A stretch of DNA of 64,000 nucleotides from an uncultured Verrucomicrobiae bacterium (GCA_963702845.1 OY969763.1:5664001-5728000), one strand, 5' to 3'. Shown: positions 23,201-32,501, counted from the first letter of the stretch. Program-made: numbers and translations. The notes: a model not told the origin generated them from the sequence alone.

Positions 23201-24541
23201 ACGAGCAGTTGGTCCGCGACCATTTCGCTGCGTGCCGGCACGAATATTTTTGTGGTAAAAAGCATAAACGCAGCCGGCATCGAGTCCGCCGCTGTTTCGC
23301 GCATCTTCTTGTTCAACGTCAGCAGCCCGCTGATACTGACGAAGACCGGCACGGGCACATTCAGCGGTGTGGCAAATGGCCAGATGTTGTTTGTCGGCCG
23401 AAATTACAAAGTCACTGCCTTGCCGGGGAACGGCCAGGTCTTTTCCAATTGGACTGGCACAATCAGTTCCTGCACGAATCCGCTGACATTCATGATGCAG
23501 AGCAACATGACGCTCGTCGCGAACTTTGTTGCCAATCCATTTATTCCGCGTGCTGGCGTTTACAATGGCCTTTTTTACGAGACGAACACGCACAGTCATT
23601 ATAGTTCTGGTTTCTTCAGTTTTACGCTCGGCGCCTCGGGCGCATACAGCGGACGCTATTACGTTGCGGGTCTGAGTTACGCGATAACTGGCAAATTCAA
23701 CATTGAGGGCGAGTCGCTCGTCGTATTTCCGAACGCGCCGAAAGTTACCTTTGATCTAAAACTCGACCTAACATCAGCGGGTGACACCGTATCAGGAACG
23801 GTAACCGGCACAGATTGGGCCGCCACCCTCGCTGGCGGACGCGCAAGGTTCCTATATTCGCCGCCCGCGCCGCAATCCGGCAGCAATTACACATTGGCGT
23901 TTCCTGGCAGTAGTGATGGCCTTTTAAGTCCGGGTGGTGACGGCTTTGGAAATCTTGCCGTCACAACGGCTGGTCAGGTTCTGTTCAGTGGAAGAATGTC
24001 GGACGACTCCGCTCTGGTTCCACCGCTGACCTACATTACCGCGAATGGCGATTGGCCGTTCTACGTGGCGCTTTACGGCGGCAGGGGGGCGGTGATGGGA
24101 TGGCTTACGAACGTTACAGGCCAGCCTCGGAGTTATCAGGGCAATGTCAGCTGGATTAAGACGCGTTCGTACGGAACTAATTACCTCGCCGGTTTCACCA
24201 ATCAGTCCGTTGCGATCAGTTCTGTGCTGCCTTCGCTGTCCACTGGCATACCTGCATTCAATTCGCCGAATGCGATGATCATCTTCCACGACGGTATTCT
24301 GGCCGCGCCGATCACCAACTATTTTTCTCTTAATAACAACGTCGTCAGCCTTTTCGACGGCCAAACCAACGGCCTCGCTCTTTCGCTTAGCAAATCGACC
24401 GGCCAGTGGAGCGGCAGCTTCAATTATCCATCGACTGGCTTGAAGATGAATGTCAGGGGCATCCTCCTGAAGGACCAAAACCAGGCGCGCGGCTACTTCC
24501 TCGGCTCGCGAACGGGATATTTGTTTATCGAACCCTATTGA
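17246..24541 (+). CDS. Giant secreted protein B (2431 aa): carboxypeptidase-regulatory-like, SpoIID/LytB, SH3b-like, FN3, CBM-like, about 9 Ig-like domains and conserved C-terminal beta domain
   Basis: Signal peptide; YEKHVLPHEWIASW..NSLNAGAVPVRCYA, CGDSNCQ, GHGRGMCQRG and EHYYP match the SpoIID pattern. WYQVRW...TGWSCESYL is SH3b-like; APTGLTATA..INLSW..FYRVRSYN is FN3; many YQW.KNG Ig repeats. Confidence 0.85.
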   Translation: MRTPAFVVLTGLVFGLVCGYPLARAGAAGVGVEVEFADSATGYSLQPDEIVAHPHRNGAIEQRFGRAHTGADGRAKMQLERGRHTVSASIPSYHPLSGEVQVRENFPYKVRFLLDPIEKPRELQADNIAARHRDDATLFQGFVVSDETGRPLRGVRIKSTPSGVSAVTDERGFYEIYVPLQAPASLVVDKGGYKVEERQYLELSPRGDWTYNFRLERGNGKQTLDERSRLRQAIEQDPTEEVIAPKATFTQTMTRLVTPKSTLPANATIRVPRNIRVEDGTNLYYVTMNFYEKHVLPHEWIASWNTNSLNAGAVPVRCYAIARINARAPDSDFDICGDSNCQNFKANVSSSSTDGAVDYTAGYVVINGSGDIPSTEYSAENNSLGKPCGDGFAAPSSGCLYDPICAGHDRSGHGRGMCQRGTQRWGSGGNGYPVRDWLWMVEHYYPTLTLVKGAELVIGDDVKSTSSDCSVRACAGGGIDNGTLCALITSKASGQTGVIIGGPILVTNDSKGFTWYQVRWNDASSTTGWSCESYLDRVVSAPTAPTGLTATASGSSQINLSWTDSSSIEAGFYVERAPASSGPWLQLATLVANAVSYSDKNLYASSTWFYRVRSYNSAGNSSYSSVASATTPNNVAPTLAAIQNRVVAPGILITFTNTATAPDTVKSITDFEAFQSETGNGAVLFDTPNTSSSTSNFLNNAPEMDIAVITDTHPTGGQSSGNVLMLICQFTNANNPWLRLTTAGTSYFPDAVIDITRKLRFDMYADQSVQVAVGCRETTTAVGTAIGMDGGTSGAIEWAGVTNVAGTAPMPTRTITPNTWTTVTFDFANEPIRSFSGGNGVLSTTSGLGVLEHLAIVPQNGTNTYTFYVDNFAVLYPRTFTYSLGAGAPSGATLDANTGIFSWTPSQAQSPSTNNIAVIVTDNSSPPLRTTNTFTVTVSQSSPTVIVTQPQNATANVGSDAVFSVEASGTSLKYQWLFNATTVLAGTTNSTLTVTNCQLTNAGSYSVIVSNATDSITSSDATLVVFAPITLSTPPSNCTNNIGDNAHFAVTAIGTNLTYQWQFQANDIAGATSSAIDIPVNGITNEGVYTVVISSPVATKVTASAALSIPFFDLTKIAQWDFNSVPADNNTNTGVTAPSLGSGTVATVDGATALFGDSVTSDIASLGLDNTSWLITNYPPSSTGNKIRGIQVNVSTLGYNEIAVTWEQRNNARASKYARFQYTTNGTDWIDRDVINHTSYANFQFKFADLWDIDGVSNNPNFAFRILTEWENTATGSGAAAYVPSNPSSTYNTDAVIRFDMITILGSIAEPVIVSQPQSVTRQVGQTAVFNVAATGINLSYRWQKDGVDLQNDTRITGADTASLSVANIGDNDAGSFTAIVSAANGLFSIQSDPATLFVFTPVSITQQPQGGAFNAGSPIALSVSANGTTPITYQWKKNGAIISGATQSSFAINSFESANAGTYTVIVDNGGTPIESDQAILSINVAPLISVEPHSITIVADNIASFSVTASGTAPLAYQWRKNAAPISGATQSSYTIASAKTLDAGTYTVVITNVAGSVTSSTAMLAVTIVKPVIVSQPLSGTNVVGSTVTFNVGATGGALSYQWRKNGAKLLNVGRVSGATTASLTITGVYTTDNGNYSVAVSNSAGAVVSSTAVFKAFFAPDIATQPASRTSAAGTTAIFRVAAVGTAPLKYQWRKGTNNLVNGMGVSGATGAALTLTGVSTGTVGSYNVVVINAVGSATSDAATLDVDTKPLIVGQPASRTDNEGTTVSFHVTATGGHLLYQWLRGTNLVDDGNISGSLTDTLTVSNITTKDAASNYSVKTKNVAGSAVSSYAALAVVVPVRIVSGATNQLVLYNSKAIFAVATSGTAPLVYQWYKNGTNKLVNFPGHISGATSSVLTISSCVETDVASYSVFVTNVIGTANSSNAVLMIVPKISISSPSANAAFSVPTVSVTGTASDFSGSSIAQVQWQLNGSPFSLAIGTSSWSATISLRAGTNIFVVKSINAAGIESAAVSRIFLFNVSSPLILTKTGTGTFSGVANGQMLFVGRNYKVTALPGNGQVFSNWTGTISSCTNPLTFMMQSNMTLVANFVANPFIPRAGVYNGLFYETNTHSHYSSGFFSFTLGASGAYSGRYYVAGLSYAITGKFNIEGESLVVFPNAPKVTFDLKLDLTSAGDTVSGTVTGTDWAATLAGGRARFLYSPPAPQSGSNYTLAFPGSSDGLLSPGGDGFGNLAVTTAGQVLFSGRMSDDSALVPPLTYITANGDWPFYVALYGGRGAVMGWLTNVTGQPRSYQGNVSWIKTRSYGTNYLAGFTNQSVAISSVLPSLSTGIPAFNSPNAMIIFHDGILAAPITNYFSLNNNVVSLFDGQTNGLALSLSKSTGQWSGSFNYPSTGLKMNVRGILLKDQNQARGYFLGSRTGYLFIEPY

Positions 24542-24553
24542 TTTGTGTCATCC

Positions 24554-24569
24554 TCACTCATCTGAGCGA
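24554..24569 (+). promoter_or_regulatory. 7-2-7 palindrome TCACTCA-TC-TGAGCGA upstream of protein C
   Basis: Identical half-sites to 17164, with the same downstream TGGAC; -10-like GACAAT at 24593-24598. Confidence 0.72.
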
Positions 24570-24679
24570 TGGACACATTTGGCAGCGATTGAGACAATGT
24601 GCTGTCCCGATGACCTGTTTAGAAAATTCCCAAAGTCGAACGTCGACCTCGCCAAAGGGTTCATGCCTTGCCCAATGAT

Positions 24680-27600
24680 ATGACCACCCAACTATCGCAT
24701 CTCTCGAAAACTTTTACCGCCAGTGCATTTGCCCTGATTCGCCAAAGGACCTGCCAGGTTGTAACCTTGGGGTTGCTACTGTCGGCATTGTCAGCTGCTG
24801 CACAACCGGCCATTAGCACGCAACCGCTCAACCGCACCAACAACATCAGCGATCTCGCACAGTTTAGCGTAGTTGCCACGGGCGCCGCACCGGTGACTTA
24901 CCAATGGCGACGTAATGGTGCGAATATCAACGGCGCGACTGGGAGTGCTCTCAGTCTATTGGTCACTAACATCGGTAATGCTGGCACCTACAGCGTTGTG
25001 GTAACGGACAGCACAGCTCTTACCACTACCAGTTCTGATGCTGTTCTTTCCGTATTCTTCGCTGACCGAACAAGGTTTACGCACTGGAACTTTAACAGCA
25101 CTACATCGGACAATTCTGTCACTACCGGTGTCAGCAGTCCGGCAATCGGCTCCGGCGTGCTCACCGTTGTTGGCACGGGCATTACCGCCAATGGATTCAA
25201 CACAGGTTCCGCTTCAGACCCTAATTTGACGGATAATTCAAGCCGTCGTTGGAACAATTATGCTTCAACCGTGCCCAACAAAACCGGCGGCGCGAAATAC
25301 GCGGTTAGCACAGCGGGCTTCCAGAATGTTGCCGTCAGCGGTGAACTGTGGCTGGCGCAGCGCAGCTCCGCCTATTGGCGCGGGCAATACAGCATTGACG
25401 GCGGCACGAATTGGATTGATCGACTAGTCATTAGTAGGCACAGCGTGTCGCTTCAGAACTTCTTTTATTTTTCCGATGATTTGACTGGCGTCGACGGCGT
25501 TGCGGACAACTCAAACTTTGTTTACCAGATCGTTGGTGAATACGAAAGCACCGCCACTGGTAGCGGAGCCGCTGCTTACGTCTCTTGCGATCCCGCTTCG
25601 ACTTTCAACCCCACCAGTTCTCTTTTCGGGTGGGACCTTTTCAGCGTGTTCGGCACCGCAATTTCTCAACAGCCCGCGATCACTCAGCAACCGCGAAGTC
25701 ACACTAATTATTTAAACACAACCGGCGGATTCACCGTGAAAGCGACCGGTGGGAATCTCTCCTACCTGTGGTATTTCAACAATTCTCCAATTAATTCTGG
25801 CACTGGTTCGGATTTGGTTATAACCAACGTCCAATATTCCAATGCCGGCACCTATCACGTCGTCGTTTCCAATACCGCCGGAACTGTCACCAGCGATGAT
25901 GCGATCCTGACGGTCGAAGACGTCGTGCTCCCGCAAGGTGATCGTTTTTGGTCCGCCGATGGCGTAAACGCGGGTGTTAGCGGCGGCAATTGGGACACTA
26001 ATACACCGAATCGCTGGGGACAAAATATCGCTGGTCCGTTCAATCTCCAGTGGAACAACACCCGCCTCGATAACGCGATATTTCCTCCCGGTTCCGGCGT
26101 GATCACCAACTCGACGGGCGTAGCCGTGAACACCATCACGCTTACCAACGCTCCGAGTGCAGCCTACGCTTTTAACGGTGCTGGCAAAATCAGTTTTCTC
26201 GGGCCCGACTCTTCCATCTACGTCGCCGGCGCAAACAACTCGAACGCCAGCAATCTTCTGTCCAGCACCTGCGAATTCGCCGGTTCGATCATTACCAAGA
26301 ATGGAGGCGGCCGCTTGCATCTCGATAATACCAACAGCAACATCGGCCGCTGGGTTGTTAATCAGGGTTCAATTACCGGCAGCGCCGCGGCAAATCTTTT
26401 CGGGATTGCTCCCTCGCAATCGCTTTCAAATTTCATCACGCTCGATGGCGGTGGATTTGGATTCATCGCTTCCTCCGCGATGTCTCTGGGCACCAATCGC
26501 GGTATTTACCTTGGTCTGAACGGTGGCCAACTCGGCAATCAGGGCACTGGCGGCATCATCACAATTGACGCGCCGATCACCGGCCCCGGTTCACTGAACT
26601 TCCCCGGCAATACAGAATGGCCCAGCCAACTCCAGGGCGATAATTGCATCTTCATCGTAAGCAACACGAACAACAATTATCAAGGGATCACGCGGATTGC
26701 GACCGCCGAAGTCCGTCTCGGCGCCAATCAGGTGTTTCCAGCGACCACCACGCTGATGGTCAGCAATCTCTCTCTCAATGGCCGACTCAATTTGAACGGC
26801 TTCAATCAGACGGTGGCCACAGTGATTCTTGATAGCACCAGCGGCAACGCTCGTATCATTGACACTGTCGGAACAGGCAGTCTCACTGCAGCGCAATTCG
26901 ATTTGCGCCGTAGCGCTACGGCTACAAATGTGAGCGCGATTCTTGCCGGTCCCGGTACACTCACCAAAACGACTAGCGGCAATATCACTCTCGCCGCCCC
27001 CAACACCTACAGCGGCGATACATTCCTGCAGGCCGGAACGCTCACGCTCAACGCTTCGGGGCGTTTCGGCAATGGCGTCGGCACTCTCCACCTGCAAGGC
27101 GCTACGCTCACCGTTCCAGAATCACGGACCGATGCGACCGCTATTATCAATCCCACTTCCCTCGAGGCCGAGACGCTCGTGCAGGGGACCGCGAACGCCA
27201 CGAATAATATCCAGTTTATCCACGGCGGGACGTGGACGATGGGTGGAGGCGTTCTATACGTGTATAACCCGAATACGAACGGCTTCTTGTTTCAGGTTGC
27301 TTTAACGAACACGTTCAATTTTTCGCTTCCGATCGATATTGGGAACGGGTGCCACCTCGTTTCTTACAATCCTGCTGGAAGCGATCAAACCTTTAGCGGC
27401 GGCCTTTCCGGAGCGGGCGTATTCAGACGCGCTGTTTCGACAGGCAGCGGCGGACGCACCATCTTTAACGGGGATAATACCTACAGCGGCGGGACCATAG
27501 TTAGTTCTGGCACGTTGCTTGCGAATAACCAAAGCGGCGCCAGTGCGACAGGCAGTGGTACGGTCACTGTCACCGCAGCTGGTGTTCTCGGCGGAACAGG

Positions 27601-28525
27601 CACAATCAGCGGCCCAGTCGCTGTTACCAACGGCGGCAATCTTTTGGCTGCTGCTGCTGGCGGAGTTTTAACCTTGCAAGGCGGCCTTGATATGAGCGGC
27701 AGCGGAACAAACACATGGGAACTGGCCGCCTTGCAAGATAATAGCACCGGCATTGCCGGAACTGGTTTCGGCCAAATTGTCCTGACTGCTGGCGAATTAC
27801 AGTTGGGCGGCAGCTCTGTTCTGTCGCTGAAATTCTCCGGCGGCACTGCGCCAGATGGCTCCGTGCCGTTCTGGCAATCCACCCACCAGTGGAAAATCAT
27901 CAGTCTGATTGGCGGCCTGAACACAGCCAACGCCTCGTTTGCTTCTATTGCCAATGGAAGCTACAGCGCGGGTAACTTCTCAACTGCTGTTGATGGAAGT
28001 GGCAACATCATTCTCACGTTTACGGCGTCAGTTCAGTCGTCACCCACCATTACGAGTCACCCGCAAAGCCGGACCAATGTTGCTGGAACAACGGCGTCTT
28101 TCACGGTTGCTGCGAATGGCTCGCAGCCTCTCACGTATGCTTGGTTCCGCAGTACGGCTCCGTTTACGCCCATTCCGGGGGCGACAAACACCACCTTTAC
28201 TTTGGCGAACGTGCAGGCGGCAAGTGCGGGCAGTTACTTTGCTCGTGCTTACAATGGTCTCGGAAATGATACAAGCCAGCTTGCATCGCTTACAGTTGTG
28301 CCGTCACCATCGCTTCAACCCTTGTCCGGAGCCGGAACCGCGAATGTCGTGCTGAGTTGGAATACAGTCGCGGGCAACCAATACCAGGTGCAATACAATA
28401 CGAATCTCTCCACCGCTAACTGGATTCCGGTGACCACATTTGTGGGCGCTGGCGGCAACGTTTCGGTGACCAATCATCCACCCGTTGGTGATCCGCAGCG
28501 TTACTTTCGCGTGATTATCTGGTAA
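24680..28525 (+). CDS. Secreted protein C (~1280 aa): Ig-like domains, shared ~190-aa beta domain, autotransporter-associated beta-strand repeats, C-terminal RYFR-type domain
   Basis: Signal peptide ending ALSAAAQ; NTNNNYQGITRIATAEVRLGANQV (paralogous to the start of protein A); GPGTLTKTTSGNITLAAPNTYSGDT and GDNTYSGGTIVSSGTL repeats; ends QRYFRVIIW. Start at 24668 (TTG) or 24680 (ATG). Confidence 0.85.
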   Translation: MTTQLSHLSKTFTASAFALIRQRTCQVVTLGLLLSALSAAAQPAISTQPLNRTNNISDLAQFSVVATGAAPVTYQWRRNGANINGATGSALSLLVTNIGNAGTYSVVVTDSTALTTTSSDAVLSVFFADRTRFTHWNFNSTTSDNSVTTGVSSPAIGSGVLTVVGTGITANGFNTGSASDPNLTDNSSRRWNNYASTVPNKTGGAKYAVSTAGFQNVAVSGELWLAQRSSAYWRGQYSIDGGTNWIDRLVISRHSVSLQNFFYFSDDLTGVDGVADNSNFVYQIVGEYESTATGSGAAAYVSCDPASTFNPTSSLFGWDLFSVFGTAISQQPAITQQPRSHTNYLNTTGGFTVKATGGNLSYLWYFNNSPINSGTGSDLVITNVQYSNAGTYHVVVSNTAGTVTSDDAILTVEDVVLPQGDRFWSADGVNAGVSGGNWDTNTPNRWGQNIAGPFNLQWNNTRLDNAIFPPGSGVITNSTGVAVNTITLTNAPSAAYAFNGAGKISFLGPDSSIYVAGANNSNASNLLSSTCEFAGSIITKNGGGRLHLDNTNSNIGRWVVNQGSITGSAAANLFGIAPSQSLSNFITLDGGGFGFIASSAMSLGTNRGIYLGLNGGQLGNQGTGGIITIDAPITGPGSLNFPGNTEWPSQLQGDNCIFIVSNTNNNYQGITRIATAEVRLGANQVFPATTTLMVSNLSLNGRLNLNGFNQTVATVILDSTSGNARIIDTVGTGSLTAAQFDLRRSATATNVSAILAGPGTLTKTTSGNITLAAPNTYSGDTFLQAGTLTLNASGRFGNGVGTLHLQGATLTVPESRTDATAIINPTSLEAETLVQGTANATNNIQFIHGGTWTMGGGVLYVYNPNTNGFLFQVALTNTFNFSLPIDIGNGCHLVSYNPAGSDQTFSGGLSGAGVFRRAVSTGSGGRTIFNGDNTYSGGTIVSSGTLLANNQSGASATGSGTVTVTAAGVLGGTGTISGPVAVTNGGNLLAAAAGGVLTLQGGLDMSGSGTNTWELAALQDNSTGIAGTGFGQIVLTAGELQLGGSSVLSLKFSGGTAPDGSVPFWQSTHQWKIISLIGGLNTANASFASIANGSYSAGNFSTAVDGSGNIILTFTASVQSSPTITSHPQSRTNVAGTTASFTVAANGSQPLTYAWFRSTAPFTPIPGATNTTFTLANVQAASAGSYFARAYNGLGNDTSQLASLTVVPSPSLQPLSGAGTANVVLSWNTVAGNQYQVQYNTNLSTANWIPVTTFVGAGGNVSVTNHPPVGDPQRYFRVIIW

Positions 28526-28568
28526 CATCGTCTGCAACGATTGAGCGGGCCTATGCAGGCCAAACAAC

Positions 28569-31500
28569 ATGAGAATCCGTGCATTTGTTGCCTTGACGGC
28601 CCTGACGGTCAGTCTTGGGCTGCCTGTTTCAAATGTGCGGGCCGGTGAGACGCCACAGGAAGTCGATCTCCAGTTCTTCGATAGCGCGACTGGTTACGCG
28701 CTGCAGCCCGATGAAATCGTGGCTCAGCCACATCGCGACGGCGCAACGAGACAACGTTTCAATCGTGCCCACATGCGTGCGGATGGGCATGCAAAAGTTG
28801 CGTTGGAACACGGCCGCCACACGATCAGCGCGAATTTGTCGGCATATCATCCGCTCAGTGGCGAACTGCAAGTGCGCGACGCTTTTCCCTACAAAGTCCG
28901 TTTTCTCCTGGACCCAATTGAGAAACCAATCGAGCTTCAACCGGACAACATCACCGTGCGTCAACGCGATGACGCCACGTTGTTCCAGGGTTTCATTGTT
29001 TCCGACGATACCGGCGAGCCATTGCGCGAAGTCCGCATCAAATCAGAACCCAGCGGTGTAAAAACCGTCACCGACGCTCGCGGCTTTTATCAACTTTATA
29101 TCCCGCTGCAATCGCCGGCAAATCTCGTTGTCGAAAAACCCGGCTATCGCACCGAAGAACGGCAACAACTCGAACTCTCCCCGCGAGGAGACTGGACCTT
29201 CAACTTCCGGCTGGAACGCGGCACTGGAAAGCAAACCCTCGATGAGCGCAGCCCCTTGCGTTTGGCCGTCGAACAAGATCCGCCCACAGAAACAACGCAA
29301 ACATCACCAGCGTCGACAGTCGCGCCGCAGCCCTTGTTAATTACGCCAAAGATTCCGACCATTGGCACAAACGCAACACTTCGCGTTCCGCGCAACATCC
29401 GCGTCCAGGACGACACGAATATTTATTACGTGACCATGAACTTTTATGAGAAGCACGTGTTGCCGCATGAGTGGATCGCGTCATGGAACAGCAACGCTTT
29501 GAACGCCGGCTCGGTACCGGTGCGTTGTTACGCCATCGCGCGGGTCAATGCTCGCGCGCCGGACAGCGATTTCGATATCTGCGGCAACAGCGATTGCCAG
29601 AACTTCAAAGTCAACGTGTCATCCACTTCGACCGATCGCGCGGTTGATTACACCTCCGGCTATGTGGTGGTTAATTCGAGCGGCAACGTTCCCAGCACCG
29701 AGTATTCCGCTGAGAACAACAGCCTTGGAAAACCGTGCGGCGACGGCTTCGCCGCTCCAACTTCCGGATGTCTCTACGACCCCATCTGCGCTGGTCACGA
29801 TCGCTCTGGCCACGGGCGCGGCATGTGCCAGCGTGGAACACAACGATGGGGCGACGGCAACAATGGCTATCCCGTCCGCGATTGGATTTGGATGGTCAAT
29901 CATTACTACTCGACGCTTACGCTGGTCAAAGGCAGCGAACTCATCATCGGCGACAACGTTGAATCGACTTCGGGCGATTGCAACGTGCGCGCGTGTGCCG
30001 GGGGAGGCATCGGCAGCGGCGTGTCGTGTCCATTGCTCACCAGCAAATCGGCGGGCCAAACCGGCGTCATCATCGGCGGTCCCATCCTCGTGACGAACGA
30101 CACCAAAGGCTTCACGTGGTTTCAAGTGCGATGGAACGATGCGAATTCAACGACGGGTTGGTCCTGCGAAAATTATCTTGATCGCATCGTGTCACTTCCG
30201 GTCACACCTGCGAGTTTCACCGCGACGGCGATCAGCGGTAGCCAAATTAATCTAAGTTGGATCGACAGTAGCAATATCGAGGCGGGCTTTTATATCGAGC
30301 GCGCGCCGTCGTCCACCGGCCCATGGCTGGAAATCGCGACGATTTCAGCAAGCGTGACGACTTACTCCGATCGGAACCTATATCCAGGCAGCACATGGTA
30401 TTACCGCATGCGCAGCTACAACTCCTCTGGAAATAGCAGCTACACTGCTGCCGTCAGCGCGACCATTCCCAATAGTGTTGCCCCAACATTGGCCGCTGTT
30501 CAAAACCGCGCCGTTGCACCTAACACCTTGATTACATTTACGAACACAGCGACAGCGCCCGACAACGTCAAACTCATCACCGATTTCGCAGCATTCCAAA
30601 GCGAAACGGGCAACGGCGCAATTTTATTCGAAACGCCAAACACTTCGACCAGCACCTCAACCTTTCTGAACGACGTGCCGGAGATGGATCTCTCCGTCAC
30701 CACCGATACTCATCCGAACGGCGGCCAAGCGTCCGGCAACGTGCTTATGGTCCAATGCCAGTTCACCAATTCCAACAATGCATGGTTGAGGCTGACGACT
30801 GCTGGACCAACATGGTTCGCTGACCCGGTGATTGATCTGGCCAAAAAAATCCGCTTTGACATGTACTCCGACCTGTCGGTTCAGGTTGCCTTGGGCTGTC
30901 GTGAAACAACAACCCCTGTCGGAACCGCAATCGGTTCCGATGGCGGCACGAGCGGCGCGATTGAATGGGTCGGTGTCACTGGTGTTTCTGGCACTGCACC
31001 GGTCTGTACCCGAACTGTTACCTCTAACACTTGGACGACCCTGACATTCGACTTCACCAACGAACCGATCCGCAATTTCTCGGGCGGCAATGGCGTCTTA
31101 TCAACCGCATCCGGCCTGGGCGTGCTCGAACATCTGGCCATCGTTCCGAAAAGCGGGAACAACATCTACACGTTCTACCTCGACAACTTCGCTGTTCTCA
31201 CGCCACGCGTTTTCACCTATAGCTTTGGAACGGGCGCGCCGACCAACGCGACACTTAATGCCAGCACCGGCATTTTTTCATGGATGCCAACTGCTGCGCA
31301 AAGTCCGAGCACGAACCAAATTTCAATTATCGTTACCGACAACAGCATCCCAGCGTTGCGTGCGACCAATTCTTTCGTCGTAACCGTTGGCCAATCTTTG
31401 GCGAACAGTCCTCCTCTACTCAACCCGATTGATAACCGCACTGTCTATGCAGGGACGACAGTCGTCGTTACCAACTCGGCCTACGACCCGAATCCATCCG

Positions 31501-32501
31501 ACACGCTGACCTTCAGTCTCGGCACCGGCGCGCCGCCAACCGCCACCCTCAATTCCAGCACGGGCGTATTCAGTTGGACGACGACGACTGCCGACACGAA
31601 TTCTGTTCACAACATCACCATAAAGGTCACCGACAACGGTTCACCGCCGATGAGCGCCAGTGGAAGTTTTTCCGTGACAGTGCTTCCTCCTCCGCCTGCG
31701 AACAGCTCGCCACTGCTTTATCCGATCGACAACCAATCCATCCATGCAGGCGCGACATTGACGTTTACGAACCTTGCCTACGACGCCGACACCAACGACG
31801 TTCTGACTTTCAGCCTTGATCCTGGCGCTCCATCCGGCGCGACCATTCATCCGGTGACCGGCGTCTTTTCGTGGACGCCTCCCGATTCTGAAAGTAATAC
31901 TGTCAAATCTGTCACCGTCCGCGTCAGCGACAATGGTCAGCCGTCCAAAAGCGCTTCCAGCACATTTTCGGTCACGGTTTTGCCTCGTTTGCCGAACAAT
32001 CCGCCATCGCTATCGCCCGTGACGAACCTGACCGTCCACGCGGGAACCAGTATTGTGTTCACGAATTACGCGACCGATCCAGATCCTGATGATTTCCTTG
32101 GGTTCAGCCTGGGCGACGGCGCGCCCGAAGATGCACAAATCGATATTGTGACCGGCGTGTTTACGTGGACACCGACGGACGCTCATGCAAACACAACCAA
32201 CCACATCACGATACAAGTCACCGACGACGGCGAGCCGCCGCTGACCGCTTTCGCCCCGTTTGACATCATTGTCCGACCACGCCCCACCTTCACCACCGTG
32301 CAAGTTTCTGGGAATTCCGTTTTGCTGTCGTGGTCGAGCATTTCGAACAGAACCTATGACGTGTGGTTCAATAACGACCTTTCAGGATCGCAATGGCAAC
32401 CACTCGGCTCAGTGGTCGCGACAAACTCGCTGAGCACCATCACCGATTCAACGTTTCAAGGTGCGGTCCAACGCTTTTACCGCCTCCAGTTGGAACAATA
32501 A
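28569..32501 (+). CDS. Secreted protein D (1310 aa): paralog of protein B N-terminal half (SpoIID/LytB, SH3b, FN3, CBM-like) followed by cadherin/He_PIG-like repeats and an RFYR C-terminal domain
   Basis: Colinear with B for ~940 aa; repeated N.PP.L..I.N..V.AG......A.D.D...LTFSL..GAP..A.I...TGVFSWTP; ends QRFYRLQLEQ. Confidence 0.87.
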   Translation: MRIRAFVALTALTVSLGLPVSNVRAGETPQEVDLQFFDSATGYALQPDEIVAQPHRDGATRQRFNRAHMRADGHAKVALEHGRHTISANLSAYHPLSGELQVRDAFPYKVRFLLDPIEKPIELQPDNITVRQRDDATLFQGFIVSDDTGEPLREVRIKSEPSGVKTVTDARGFYQLYIPLQSPANLVVEKPGYRTEERQQLELSPRGDWTFNFRLERGTGKQTLDERSPLRLAVEQDPPTETTQTSPASTVAPQPLLITPKIPTIGTNATLRVPRNIRVQDDTNIYYVTMNFYEKHVLPHEWIASWNSNALNAGSVPVRCYAIARVNARAPDSDFDICGNSDCQNFKVNVSSTSTDRAVDYTSGYVVVNSSGNVPSTEYSAENNSLGKPCGDGFAAPTSGCLYDPICAGHDRSGHGRGMCQRGTQRWGDGNNGYPVRDWIWMVNHYYSTLTLVKGSELIIGDNVESTSGDCNVRACAGGGIGSGVSCPLLTSKSAGQTGVIIGGPILVTNDTKGFTWFQVRWNDANSTTGWSCENYLDRIVSLPVTPASFTATAISGSQINLSWIDSSNIEAGFYIERAPSSTGPWLEIATISASVTTYSDRNLYPGSTWYYRMRSYNSSGNSSYTAAVSATIPNSVAPTLAAVQNRAVAPNTLITFTNTATAPDNVKLITDFAAFQSETGNGAILFETPNTSTSTSTFLNDVPEMDLSVTTDTHPNGGQASGNVLMVQCQFTNSNNAWLRLTTAGPTWFADPVIDLAKKIRFDMYSDLSVQVALGCRETTTPVGTAIGSDGGTSGAIEWVGVTGVSGTAPVCTRTVTSNTWTTLTFDFTNEPIRNFSGGNGVLSTASGLGVLEHLAIVPKSGNNIYTFYLDNFAVLTPRVFTYSFGTGAPTNATLNASTGIFSWMPTAAQSPSTNQISIIVTDNSIPALRATNSFVVTVGQSLANSPPLLNPIDNRTVYAGTTVVVTNSAYDPNPSDTLTFSLGTGAPPTATLNSSTGVFSWTTTTADTNSVHNITIKVTDNGSPPMSASGSFSVTVLPPPPANSSPLLYPIDNQSIHAGATLTFTNLAYDADTNDVLTFSLDPGAPSGATIHPVTGVFSWTPPDSESNTVKSVTVRVSDNGQPSKSASSTFSVTVLPRLPNNPPSLSPVTNLTVHAGTSIVFTNYATDPDPDDFLGFSLGDGAPEDAQIDIVTGVFTWTPTDAHANTTNHITIQVTDDGEPPLTAFAPFDIIVRPRPTFTTVQVSGNSVLLSWSSISNRTYDVWFNNDLSGSQWQPLGSVVATNSLSTITDSTFQGAVQRFYRLQLEQ

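Noticed and set aside
28526..28568. Possible 7-2-7 site upstream of protein D
   Set aside because: Only a half-site (TGAGCGG); the 43-bp gap suggests D is co-transcribed with C.
17246..32501. Sporulation genes, or a diversity-generating retroelement TR/VR pair, inferred from the SpoIID duplication
   Set aside because: No other sporulation genes and no reverse transcriptase; differences between the copies are mostly synonymous rather than adenine-specific.
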